Shown: piece by piece, positions 38,960 to 51,715 of the stretch
How positions within the stretch are numbered: position 1 is the stretch's first letter
Layout of the letters: each line of letters opens with the position of its first letter
Assembly: GCA_011109175.1 (NCBI GenBank)
Contig: RDEW01000029.1
Coordinates: 654,158 to 718,157 of the forward strand
DNA: 64,000 bases
Direction: 5' to 3'
Source: Dicyema japonicum
Lineage: Eukaryota > Animalia > Dicyemida
Translations under genes and position numbers: made by a program
Notes under the pieces: model-generated
What the model was told of the DNA's origin: nothing
Database searches by the model: none
The model's input: only the letters and a program-made list of their open reading frames with translations

Positions 38960-41900
38960 GGCCTCCACCTGAGGATCAACGTGTATCCGGAGAAGGAAGA
39001 TGTTGGCGTTGAGAATAAAATTTTGGATTTCTGGATAAGGTCAGCTCGACTTTTGGAGAGGAGAGTCCGAAGTTCCAGAATCTTCTTTCTAATTATCTGA
39101 TGTATTTTTGATTTTTTTGATTTTTTGACGTCCCTCTTAAAAAGTATGTCTGAAAAACACGAAATTTGTAATATAAAAGACTTCTCTCTTTTAACGTTCA
39201 ATGTCAGAGGACTCTCTAGTGCCTGGAAAAGAAAAGAACCATGTGAAGACCTTTCAAAATATAAGATATCAATCGGATGTCTCCAAAAGACCAAAATATC
39301 GAAGGAGTTTGAAGAACAAACGGAAAGTTTTAGTTAATCTATCTCTCTGGGGGATCAAAACATTACGGACTTGGATTCGCTGTAAGAAAGGACCTACTCT
39401 GGCGCATATACCTTTACTGGACAATCAATGAAAGGATTTGGATTTTACAAATAACATTGGACGATCATAAAGTTATCTTACTATTATTAACGAATTTGCT
39501 CCACCTAGTGGATATTATTATTATAAGCAACTACATAGAATCATATAAACTATAATTCTATTCGTGCCGCGTCTGAACAATCCTCTTAATTAGCCTTTCC
39601 CCTCCCCTCCTGTCCGATGCCAAGTGCCGCAGACTACTAAGGTCTTCACCGTCCTTTAGTAGTCTGGTTACTGATCTCAGGTCACCATTAAGGACTTCCG
39701 GAAGAGTTATTCTTGGACGACCTCTGAACTTCTCCCCTGACGTATCGAAGTATTCTTCCATGACGACGTTTGCTGGCGTGTCTTGTTCCAATCTGAGAAT
39801 ATGGCCAAACAATCTCCAGCGAGCCTTCATGATCATGGTGCTCAGAGGTCCGGAACCGCATCTTCTATATAAATTTTCACTCCCTACACGCATTGGCCAC
39901 TTTAGTCCCAAGAGAGACCGAAGTTGCCTTCTGTGAAAGGAGTCAAGGTTTTGTTCGTCCGTTTTCGAAATTCCCCACGTCCCAGAGTTGTATGTTAGTA
40001 TGGGCCTCACGAACGCCTCATACAACCTGAGTCGGAGTGATGGCCCGACCGAGCATTTTCTTATCCAACATTTCATAAGTTTTTGCATAGTAACCGTAGA
40101 TAACAATTTTCTTCTTGCAATGTCTTCGGAGTCTCCGAGAAGAGAGCCAAGCTTTACGGTCTTCCTCCAACATTCACTATTGCGTAGTTCCATCCGCTTA
40201 ATTTCAACAATATCCGTTTTCTGAACATTCAGTGATAGACACCATTTGGCCAAACAGCCTGATGCAACCTCCAAGAGACGTAAGAGTGCTTCTTTGTCAG
40301 TCGAGATAAAGTCAACATCATCGGCATACACGATCTCCATAATATCATTGTTGTAATACTTCCGGAGGTCTTGCAGAGCCGATTCAAGGTATATAGCAAA
40401 CAATACTGGGGAAAGGGAATCTCCTTGGGGTGTGCCCACTGTTGAAATAATTTCCCGTGACAAACATTTTCCAATACGCACTCGTAACCTCGTGTTTGAT
40501 AAGAGTATCCGTATCAGAATAACCGAGTCCTTATCCAGGAAACTTTCAAGCACTTCAATGAGTTTTCCCCGACGGACAGTGTCGAAAGCTCTGGTCAGAT
40601 CAATTCCAAGGATAGTCTTTGAGCTCCGGAATCTTTGTTGAATAGCACATTGCCATCTATGGCACCATACTACATCAGCCGTTGATCTCCCTGTCCTAAA
40701 ACCACTCTGGCTCTGGGCCAAGTACCCGTCCACCGGCTCTTGGATCCGATTAAGAGTAATTAGGGCAAGGATCTTCCTTAAGGTGTTTAGAAGGATGACA
40801 GGGCGCAGGTTTTCAACTGGCCCAGGGGGTTTATTACCTTTTTGAACTGGTACTAGTATCCCCTTTCCAATTTCTGAAAAGTCCTTGTTTTCTATCATGT
40901 CATTCAGCAATTTTGAGAGTTTATCTGCAAGTTCTGGAGGGCCAAATTTTAGCAATTCAGATGGTATATTATCTGGTCCTGGAGAGCGCCCAGATTTAAG
41001 TTTCCTTATCGCCATGCAAACCTCCTCCGGTGAAATGATCCGTTCAAGTGTTGTGTTCTTAGGCGTGAAATCTGATTTTTCTCCTTTTACAAAGAACAGT
41101 TGTTCAATATGCGATGCTATGAACTCTGTCTGTTCTGCAACATTTCCTATTGTTTTTCCATTTCTGTCATGCAAAATAAGTTTCACTGATTGGCTCTTCC
41201 TCCGTATTAGTCGTATAGCCATGAATGTCGCAGCATTGTCTTTAAGGTTTTCTACCTCTCTGATCTTACTTTCCAACTGACTAGTGTGATGTAGTCTGTT
41301 TAGGAGTTTGATTTTTCTCTCAATTTGCCTTCGTTCTTGTTTCAGTTTGCAAACAGTCTGAGGATCGATAGTATTTTCGGATCTATGCCTTAAGTTCTTC
41401 TGCAAATTCAATAGGGCTGACACTTCCGGGTGACGCTGACTGCTAGTGGATATGGATCAATAAAAAACATGCAAAAGTTGGAAATCGAATCACTATAGAA
41501 GAATCATTCATTGGAAGACATGGAAGGGGAAAAAGGAACATTGCAGGAACTTGTTAGCTAGCTTTTGTCAAGCAAATAACCTATTCCTTTGTAACACATC
41601 TTTTATGCACTTCAGCAAGACACAGGACAACTTGGTCAGGCAATAGAACTAAGTCTGACGGAAGCATTGCGAAAATCTACAATCAAATAGACTACATTAT
41701 TTGCAGACAAAAAGACCGCATATTGTCACTGATGCCCGTGCTTGATGTCACTGATGCCCGGAGGGTCTATAATTGACAGCGATCACAAGATGGTAATTGC
41801 CAAAATGTCCTTAAAGAAACTTATGGGTTTACAAGGGATAAAAAGAAAGTGCAATGGACACACAGAACTGCGGGAGAAGGGATTCGATGTAGACCATCTA

Positions 41901-42180
41901 AAAAAACGACACTATCCAGGGAGAGGAATTCAGAAAATACCTGGATGAGGAATTAGAAAAATATCAGTAGATTTGGCACCGCAAATTGCGTGGACCTTGG
42001 TCAAACATAATATCATGATTGCTGCGGATATATTGCATGGAAAAGAAAAGAGTATACAATGCTTTAGTGAGGCCAATCTTATTATATAATGCCGGTACAT
42101 GGCCATGTACTTTTTGACTAAGATTAGTATAGATGATGGAAGATATCTTAACACACTAAAAAGCAAGTTAATAGTAAATA
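38960..42180 (+). mobile_element. Decayed RTE element (APE, internal deletion, RT C-terminus) interrupted by a nested RTE
   Basis: LLTFNVRGL..CLQKTK at 39185-39300; IDSDHKMVIAK at about 41770; VYNALVRPILLYNAGTW at about 42055. Confidence 0.7.
39516..41442 (-). mobile_element. Young 5'-truncated RTE LINE with an intact 621-aa RT ORF (39558-41423)
   Basis: 11-bp TSD CTAGTGGATAT at 39505-39515 and 41443-41453; uninterrupted RT (DLTRAFDTV, PQGDSLSP, YADD) and RWRLFGHILR..RGRPR; (TAA)n tail. Confidence 0.93.
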
Positions 42181-42224
42181 ACTAATTAGGTCTATCGAGT
42201 TACCACAGTCCCTGACAGTGATCA

Positions 42225-42450
42225 GTTATCCCCAAGACCACACAAGAGAAGAGAGACGGAAACATCCACGGGGATACCCAAAAGTTAGTTAATTAGCCCG
42301 ACCTACTAAAAAGTAGCAAGCCACCATCAGCCTCCCAGACACGATTATAGACTACTCAAATAACTCAATGAATTCTTCCTGGACGGGGATATCCGAAATT
42401 GGATTACAGCGATAAGGTCATTGATGCTCCATACTTTTTGTAGACGATCA
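42225..42450 (-). mobile_element. LINE 3' fragment
   Basis: Ends GTGTGGTCTTGGGGATAA, matching the shared 3' terminus; 5' stem arm degenerate. Confidence 0.5.
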
Positions 42451-44549
42451 GCCAAATGTATACTGATTCCAAAACCAAGTCACAGTGCTCCACTTCAACC
42501 AAATAGTCTTAATAAAAATCTTTGGAATGTGTGGTGTTGTTATAATTAAACGATGGAAATAGAGATGAAGTTCTCTAAGAAAAGGATGATTTTTATATGT
42601 TGATAAACTACAATAATGATTATTATGATTTATTTAATTAAAATGAAATTATTTTATTAATGAAATACATTTCCTATACTAATTATCATTTATTCTTTAA
42701 GGATTTCCCTGAGTGAATAGTTGTCAATGAGAGGCTCGAAATGGAAAGCTAATGACACAAGTAATGTCACAACCCAGCTATTTCCTATTCTTCGCATTTA
42801 GTTTTTGTTCAAATTTATTTTTAACCCTGTTCCATGCTGCTCAGTTGGAAATTCAGATAATGTGTCTATGTTGATCTAATTACTGTTTGATAGCCCTAAT
42901 GGTATTGGCATAAAGTTTAGGTGTGTCCTAATTTCACAGCGAATAACGCTGGAAGATTTTCCTGCGATCCGTGCGGGTAGTGAAAATCTGGCAAATGAGA
43001 CCATTACCTGCGTCCAAAATAAAGACAAGACACGCTACATAAATCATTTTAAAGGGAAAATATTTGAGTAATATTTATAATGATTTATGAAAACACACTC
43101 AAATTAATTTTTGTGACCAAATTACCATTAAACCAAAATTAAATTATACCAAATGTTAATCCCTATTCTTTACTTTAAATCTGAAAGAACACAAAAAATT
43201 ATCTTCCCTTCAGACATAAATTTAATTTTAAATCGAATCACCTCCCTCTAAAATATAAAAATATAATAACCCTCTCTGAAAGTATTACATATTCATCTTG
43301 AAAAGTAAACGAATAATATTTTCCAGATATCAGTGTGCATCCAAAACACTCAATTTTTCTTATCCAATCCAAATTTTTACGATTGATAAATTTAACTCCA
43401 AATTCTCCGGTGAACAAACTGACGTTAGAATCTAATATGTATATCAAATTACAAGATTTGATCTTTACATTTATGAAGAATATACGTCGTGAATTACTCG
43501 CTATTATTTGAATGAAATTGACAAAAATTGTGTTATTGTTACGTTCTAATATTGCTTATTTTTTAATTACCACAATTTTTAAACCGAATTTTTCTTGAAT
43601 CGACAATAAAGAATAAAATCCACGAAATTACGACATACATTTAATTTAAATTTTATTATAATTTAAGTAAAATTTGGTTTGCCAATAAAAAATAGAAATA
43701 GAATAAAACAATATATCAAAAGGATAAAAAGTTAGAAATTGTTTCCCGAACTGGATAGTTCCAGGATGTGATGGCGTCTATAATTTCTTCTTTAAGATGT
43801 TTAAATCTTTCCATGATGTAATTTTCAATGAAATGGTGAATGTTTTAAATATGGAATCTACTCCGGGGGATCACCTACCTTGTTGCGAAATTTAGTAATC
43901 CGGATTCTCCTAAAGATCTATGCCGATAAGATGTATTCCATCGCTCTAAAACTGATGAAAAAATGTATTAATCAAAAACTTGTGGAATATTTGGGCGAAT
44001 TTAATCTCCTCAGTGAGACTCAATTGGCACAAGAAAGATGCCTAAGGAATAATCTCTCATTATTGAATCACTCAATATAGTAAATAAGAGTGGTAGATGT
44101 CAAAATCCGAAATCTGACGTAAATCTTCCTTTTCTGAATCCGGTATGTATAAAAAAATATACTTTAGTTATCTCATCGATTTTATGTATAATTATTTTTG
44201 CTAACACTTTCTGGAATTTATTCATTAAAATAACTAATAATTTTTCAGTCTTTGTTTTGGCTTCAATTTGTTCTTTTTCTAATAAGCGTATGTTATTTTA
44301 TAGCGGCTTATGATGTTTGATGTCGGTCATGAAGATAATACCGAATACTCTTGTAGTGTGATGCAAAAGTTCGCACAGTAAGAATTGCAGCTTCACAACT
44401 GCCGAAGTGCCAATCATAATCTGGGCTGGTTGCAGCTGTTAGATAAGCCAGAGAAGAACTGTACTGCACTCTAGGTACAACGTTAAGCGACGGAAAACGA
44501 AATCCAAGCAATGAGTCGAACTTCTCCTTTTTTTACGAAAACCAGTAGT

Positions 44550-44690
44550 TTATTATTATTACCCCAGGATCACTTGGTCAAAGAGAAAGAAATAAAAGTT
44601 CTCAGCTAAGTGATCCCAGAGTGACAAGGAAGAGGACAAGTCCAGCGGGGTCTAGAGTCCTGTGCTCCTTCTCTCATCGAGTGTGGAATC
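44550..44690 (-). mobile_element. Short LINE 3' end (homolog of 9190-9325)
   Basis: GGGATCACTTAG..AAGTGATCCTGGGGT(AAT)n. Confidence 0.75.
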
Positions 44691-44789
44691 AGCTCAATTT
44701 TTATATGTTTATAGATATTTCGTTAGTATATTAAACAGAGGGCAGCTCGGTAAAGTGATATGTGACTCACCTCTCTTGTGATGATATTT

Positions 44790-45030
44790 TGAAAAAAAGA
44801 GTTTCCCCTTCCTTATCTTGGCGACAGGAAATACTAAAAGGACTATTTACTCCGTTTGGGGATATTCCTGGTCAGTTCAAACTCAAGCCAGTAATTGGGC
44901 AGATTTAACTAAATTTAAATTTATTGAACAAGAAAAACAACGTCATAACCAGAATGAAAAAAAATTCAAGTGGTCTAGGCCTCCCTCAACAGTCACATGC
45001 TTGGACTTTCATCCGACATCTTGATTGCAC
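44790..45030 (+). CDS. Possible WD40-repeat gene fragment
   Basis: LATGNTKRTIYSVW and TVTCLDFHP resemble WD40 repeat segments; gene structure not resolved. Confidence 0.3.
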
Positions 45031-45417
45031 GTTTGTTAATCGCTTTTCCATAGTTTTCTTTTCAAAACGATGATTGTATATATATTTGTTTCCTCTATAT
45101 ATTATCCATATTGAAGCAGTCAGAGACAACTGCTCCTAAGTTGAATAATCTTCACTTGAGAGTCGTTAATGCTGTTAATTACTAAATTAAATTGTTGTCA
45201 AGAATCACTCCCCAAATGTCCTTGGATAAACCTCCTGGTTAAGAAGGATGACCTATACAAAGACGAACTGTAAGAGACATTGTAAAAGTGCTTAACATTA
45301 TATGTGACTTTTATAATAAAATGAATCATAGGTTTAATGGGAATAAGTGACCTACGTGGGGTATAATGTTTGAAATCTCACAAGTAACAAGAATAAAAGA
45401 TTACAAAAGATTACAAA

Positions 45418-45717
45418 TCAATAAGGTGAAACCAACACAATTCCGTCCCCTCTAATAAACAGCATGTTAATATCTCTTCGTTTGATCTATTAATACAACA
45501 AGCATATTACACGTGACATTTCTTTCAGTGATTTATTGTCAATTTCTACTGAGATTACCTTCTCCTGTACTTCTGATAACACCATATTGAGGTGTTGGTC
45601 GTATGCCTGTAGTTTGCCTGATATTTCTCTGTTATATCTCATTTTTATTAGTATTCTCTCGTTTAAACTTAATTTTAATAAATCAAATGGGTCTTCCATA
45701 TTTGATATTTGCTCCAT
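45418..45717 (-). CDS. LSM3: U6 snRNA-associated Sm-like protein LSm3
   Basis: EDPFDLLKLSLNERILIKMR..GKLQAYDQHLNMVL; a 24-nt intron (45487-45510) gives IKRRDINMLFIRGDGIVLVSPY*. Confidence 0.92.
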
Positions 45718-45759
45718 GTTGAACAGATGTTGTTATTTTTAAATTATTAATTTTAATTT

Positions 45760-47140
45760 AATTAATATATTTAATTAAATTTTTGCATAATGGTTGAGGC
45801 TGGTGACGCATCTCAAATTGCACTAATGTCTTTTCACTCTTTTCAAACTTTCTGTTCACGTCGTCGATCAAAAGGAGGTCACTCTGCCAGGATCTGAAAC
45901 GATACAACATTACTATCTGCTGCCTGCAAGAGACCAAAGTCAAAGAAGGACTTAACGAACAAATTGCTGACCACGACCTTATCTTGCTTCCTTCTATATT
46001 ACAAACCATAGAACCGATCAATCTCAATTTACCTGCTGGAAGTTTATGGAATAAATTCGTAAACAAAATAAAAATCAGTGGCTAATCACACGATTTGGAC
46101 AATTCCCAAAACCTTCAAAAGAATACACGACCACATATAGATCACCTCTCCCATTTACAAAAGGATCTACGTATCAAATGCATGAACACCCCCAACAAAG
46201 TGAAAGCAGCTGAGTTCAAAATCCGAAGAAACAAAATTATGCGAGAAATCATAAAAAAATGTCAGATAAACCACGAAACAGAGCTACAAAACCTTGCAAA
46301 TGAAGTGGGAATGTACAAACACGAAGCGCAAATGTATGCATCTGTAGTAAAGATGCTATCGCGAAAGAAATCCGAAAATCTAACAATTCATGACGAACTC
46401 GGAAGAACTATTTACAACAACCAGGAACGCACATACATCATAGCTGATCACTTCGAAAAATATTTCAATTTTAAAAAAGAGGAAACGCTTTATCCATTTG
46501 ATGGAGTCCCGAGAAAGCTATCACCAGAAATAACTTTATTGGAAGTTAAAAAGGCTGTGACCAGACTAAACAACTCAAAAGCACCAGACCCAGATAATGT
46601 TAATGCAGATCTCATAAAATACTATCCTGAAGAGTTTCAAAAACTCATCACTCGCATTGTTTCGAAAAACACTCCAGAATTAACATCGAAATCAAAAAAT
46701 TAATCTTCTTACATAAAACGGGGAAGAAAATAGGAAAGCTAAACAGCTTAAGACAAATCATACTACTCAACTCACTACGCAAAATTCTATCTCTAATCGC
46801 TCCGGACAGAGTAAAAACCCCACTACGTGGATTTATCGGAGCTAACCAAAGTGGGTTTGTCTCTGGAAGATCAACTTTCGATGCCGTTTGGATCCACAAA
46901 TGGATGTGTGCTTAATGCCAAAAATATAAATAGGAGTGCCACATATTGGGAATCGACCTATCTAAAGCATTTAACTCAATCAGCAGAGTCAAGATGATAC
47001 AAATATTAACACCACTACTCGAGGAAGATTCCATCAGAATAATTCGTTATCTAACCTCCTCCACTCAACTATTTATCCAGCTCGGAAATCAGAAATTCGG
47101 AATAAACAAGGGCGTTGTTTTTCAAGGTACTCATTAATAA
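45760..47140 (+). mobile_element. Decayed RTE fragment cut by a Helitron
   Basis: LNNSKAPDPD, GIDLSKAFNSI; ends at GVVFQG just before the Helitron 3' end. Confidence 0.75.
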
Positions 47141-49093
47141 CTAGGTAGGCAGCTCGCTTCGCTCACTGTGAGCTAGGTACTGCGGACGGCTGTCGTTCAC
47201 ACCTTCGGAGTTCACTCCTATTTCGTTCCTGTGGAGATCAGTTTTTTCTTTAGTGAATTATATTTAACGAATTAAACTATTTTTATTAAAAAAAACTGAT
47301 TGTTATAATAAAAATTATCAAATATCTTATTGAAATGCTTGTTGATATACTACATTGCTTGTACGACCGTCCTTTTTGTATATGAATATGTTTTCTCGTT
47401 CACCTACTCTAGAACAACCTACATATAACTGTTTATGTGCAAAACATTCACTTGCTAAAGATAAACCTACTACTTTAAGAGTTTGTCCCTGTGATTTGAT
47501 AACTGTCATTGCGAAACTCAATTTCAATGGAAATTGTAGTCTCTTAAATCTAAATGGTAATTCATCCGAAATTATTGGAATTCTTGGAATATAAACGTCT
47601 TCTCCTTTATTTCGCACCGTTAATATCGTTGCTTCAATAATATTAGACATCAAATTTTTTACTACCAATTTTGTACCATTACATAACCTTGGATATTTCA
47701 GATTTCGTAATAGAACAACTGGCGATCCTAGTTTTAATTTTAAAAAATGATGAGGCATCCGTGACTGTTCTAAAGAATTTAGAAATTCTACAAGATATGC
47801 ACATGCTAATTTTTGATCCATAATTACATCGAAAGATTTATAAATACGTTCCAACCCGGGTAATTTAATAAGTAAGTTTAAGTTAATATTTTGTACTTCA
47901 TCAGTTAGTGGTAATAGTATAGCTCTTTCCCGAAGCCAGTCGAAACACGTGTAGTTTTCCTGTAGATCTGGATACAAAAAAGTCAATAAATTTTCTGAAC
48001 TGTGTACATTTATACATAATTCTTCAGAAAGTTGTACCTTTAAATCTTTTGAATTTATTTCGAGTGCTCCATTCCCTACATTTAAAAGTACCTTAGCGAA
48101 GGTATTCGTTTCTGACTTGTTTTGTGCACGAATATTTACATCTAAACTTATTTTTTTACAAAAGTCCAGAAATATGATGATTTCAGACATGCATTTTATT
48201 CATCTGCTGGTGTTACCCTATGAATAATAAACAGTGTCTGTTAAAATCACCTGCTAATACTAATACCGACTTACGAAATGGAATATCAAAGTGTTTTATG
48301 TCGCGAAAAGTTTTATCAACTGCTTCAAATGCTCTTTTACTTACCATTGTACACTCATCCCATACTATTAGATTACAATCACGTATAATTATCCCAGTAA
48401 GTGAATTTTCTTTAATGTTGCAAACTGGATTTTACATATCTCTTGCTAGATTAAATGTAGTTTGAAAATTGAATGCGCTGTTCGACCACCATCTAAAAGC
48501 GTAGTCGCAATACCTGTAGATGCAACTGCTATTGTTTTTTTATGATTGCATCTCGCATTTGCTAACAATAGATTTAACAAATATGTCTTACTTGTACCTT
48601 CTGGTGCATCTAAAAAAATATCTTACCATCATTTTCTTCAATATTTCTGTTTATTTCAGTATAGATTTTTGATTGACGTTCCAATAATTTCGGTTCCCTG
48701 TTTTTTATTATTTGATGTAGTTCTTCTAAGTTATATTTTTTCACATTCTAAATTACAATATGCCAACATCAATGTAAATAAAAATCTAATATGTGATGGC
48801 ATATTGAAAATCCCAGCTTCGGTCAATGCGATTTTTATGTTAATCTCTTTTTTAACTCTTTTTAGAATTTTAATTTTTTTAAGGGACCGATCTCTTGAAG
48901 AGGTTGAATCATCTTATTTTTATGTGAATCTCTTTTTTAACTCTTTTTAGAATTTTAATTTTTTTAAGGGACCGATCTCTTGAAGAGGTTGAATCATCTT
49001 ATTTTGCTATTATCTCAGGCATTTCCTTCTTTAGCTAAGTGCGCACGGACAGACAGACTGACAGACAACTTATTCTTTTATTAATAATAATGA
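47141..49093 (-). mobile_element. Helitron, internally deleted (PIF1-like helicase retained, no Rep seen)
   Basis: 287-aa helicase C-terminus (LLRNL..LCNGT, QFPLKLSFAMTVIKSQGQTL, LYVGCSRV) and upstream motif fragments; 3' hairpin GCTCACAGTGAGC then CTAG|T; 5' TC..(TGTC)n start (5' limit less sure). Confidence 0.85.
48842..49005. repeat. Two-copy ~85-bp tandem repeat inside the Helitron
   Basis: AATCTCTTTTTTAACTC..GGGACCGATCTCTTGAAGAGGTTGAATCATCTTATTTT present twice. Confidence 0.85.
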
Positions 49094-49544
49094 AAATATT
49101 AGTATTTTAGAGACAAAATATCTTTTTAGTCACTAATTTCCATGGGATTTAGTCAGGACGATTCAGAAATCTTGGCTCGTCCGGTGATTTCCAAGGCTTT
49201 TGGGCATACCTCCTGCTTTCTTTGAAAAATAACCATGCAATCCGGAGCTATATAACTCTCCCCATCAAAGCTCCACAAGCCCAAAACAAAGATCAAAAAA
49301 TTAAGACCAATTATTTTTAATGAACATAATTTACAAAGTAGCATAGTTCAAAATGGAATCAAGAGAAGATTGAAGTGTATTATTTACCAACACACCATAG
49401 GGGATTCTGAAAAAGGAAGATTGACATTAGATGCTGCATGGAATTATAAATAGAGATACTCGACTGTAAGAAAGATTCAAAACGGCCGCAAAATTCAAGG
49501 AATTGATATATCAAGAGCCTTTGTTTATATTAATCGACTGAAAC

Positions 49545-50470
49545 TCATTAGTCGGTCCGGTCTTTGTCTCCCACAAGACTACCGCTCCGTCATTCTGAAA
49601 TCCTTCTTTTGAACGTCCTCGATTTTCTTAGTGTTCGTCCATGATAATGAAAATCTCCACGAAGCACACACATACGAGAAGCATGGTTTGATGTATTGTT
49701 TGTAAATGTTCATCAAGACCGGGTGGGTACCTGTCTTCCATATTCCAGATAAACATTTTAATACATTGATCCTCTTCTCGCACTTCAGAACAATGTTTGC
49801 CACGTGTGTAACAAACATAAGTGCGCATCCAATGTCACCCCCAGGATCTTCTGACATTTGCTAATGGGGATTTCAACGTTTGTCCAATTTTAACTTGACA
49901 GTTATTTCCTTAACCTTTTGTCCAAAGAACATAGACGTGACCGACTTTCTGGAATTTATCGTGAGTTGAGGCGGTCCAGGTTAATTTGTAATCTTTCTGT
50001 AGCATTTTGGATATCCCGATCACGCGAGGCCAAAACAATGTCGTCCGCATATGAGAGTAGAACATCGTTATTGGGTTCCGGAGTCCAGAGGTCTCCAGGT
50101 ATAAATTGAATAAGGCGGGGGATAAAGAAGATCCTTGGGGGACACCGTTTGGAGAAGACGTGAGACTGATTTCAGTCCTCCGAGGCATACACGTTCCCTT
50201 CGTCCACTTAAGAAATTTGTTATCCAAAGTTTAAGCTTCCCCGGGATCTCGGACTGGAAAATTTTCTTTGATAATATTTCTCTCGAAATAGAATCAAAGG
50301 CCTTGTTAATATCAATGGAACATAAGACTGTTTTCAAATGCCTTGGTTTGTTTGAAAATCCATCTTTAATGAAGTTGGTTAATTTCTGTAAATACGTTGA
50401 TGTAGAACAATCCCTCTTGAATCCGAGTTGAAAACTCAAAACCTCTTTATCCAATCCTCCAAGATACGGC
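49545..50470 (-). mobile_element. Jockey/I-like RT fragment
   Basis: IDINKAFDSI, PQGSSLSP, YKQYIKPCFSYVCASW; related to 33390-34317. Confidence 0.8.
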
Positions 50471-50479
50471 CTTGTTTGA

Positions 50480-51715
50480 AATATAATAGCGTTCCATGGC
50501 TATGTTTAATGAGAAAATCCATTCCCATTTCGAGTTTGGCTTCATCATTTTTCGGTTGGCATACAGCCATATTTCTTGAAATCGTAGTGAGTCAAACCGT
50601 CTTCTATCTCAGGCAGTTCAGGTGGAAAGATTATAACTTATCTGTTTTTTTCTTTTCGGACATTGTATTAAAATGTATCCATCATCAAGCTGAATATATT
50701 GCGTCGTACTTAGAGTCCGCGGAGAAATATCTGATCATACCTGTGGATACGCCACCCAACTTGATAAAGCTATCACCTGGCGAAATCTCAAATGCAATGG
50801 TCAAACTTAAATATGGTCTCTCCCCTGGACCGGATTGAATCAATTCAGAAATTCTCAAATACGGACCACCTACACTAGCAGACAAACTGGCAGAACTACT
50901 CAACTCTATGTTTATAAAAAAATAGAATACCCGGTCTTGAATCCGGACTACTAATACCAATACAAAAAAACCTGCTGAAAATCTACGTCCAATAATCTTG
51001 CTAACACCTTACAGAAACTTCTGGCATCAGTTACGCTGAACCGAATAAGAGAACAAGTGGAAAACTATATATCCCCTAGTCACAGTGGATTCAAAACTGA
51101 AAAATCCACTGCGGATGTAGCATGGAGCTAACACCAAGCTCAGAGTGCGAGTCTGTAAGACGTTATCCAGTGAATTTAAAGTTCAATGTTGGTACTCCTC
51201 AGGTAGATTCCCTCTCACCCTTGCTTTTTGTCATATATCTGGAGGCTGCATTACGAGATCTTCAAAAGTTATATGATGGCAACATCGTCGAAATTGCACA
51301 TGCCGACGACGTCGACTTTGTGTCAGAAGACAAATCGGCCCTACTTCGTTTCCTCGAGGTTGCAACTGCTGAGCTGAACCGATGGTTATTTGGAATGAAC
51401 ACCGCAAAAACTGACACTGTGGAAATCAGGAGAATAAAAACCAGATCAAGTGAAACATGGCTCTTTACTTGGAGACAGTCAAGATATTGCAAAAAGGAAG
51501 GCCCTCGCTTGGTAACAATGAACAAGTTGAATAAAGAGTGGATTGGCAAACGACGATCCTGCACATCACTTCGCTTGAGACTGTATGAAGCCTTTGTCAA
51601 ACCGATCTTAATTTACAATTCATCGACATGAGGAACGTCCAAAACCGAACAACTTGGACTCGACACTTACCATCGAAGACAACTTATATCTCTACTAGGA
51701 CTAAACTGACCAGCA
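50480..51715 (+). mobile_element. Decayed RTE fragment
   Basis: GLSPGPD, PQVDSLSP, HADDVDF, LYEAFVKPILIYNSST; near-identical in part to 29179-30311. Confidence 0.8.

Noticed and set aside
48546-48950. 134-aa hydrophobic ORF as a membrane protein
   Set aside because: It is the antisense shadow of Helitron sequence and a tandem repeat.
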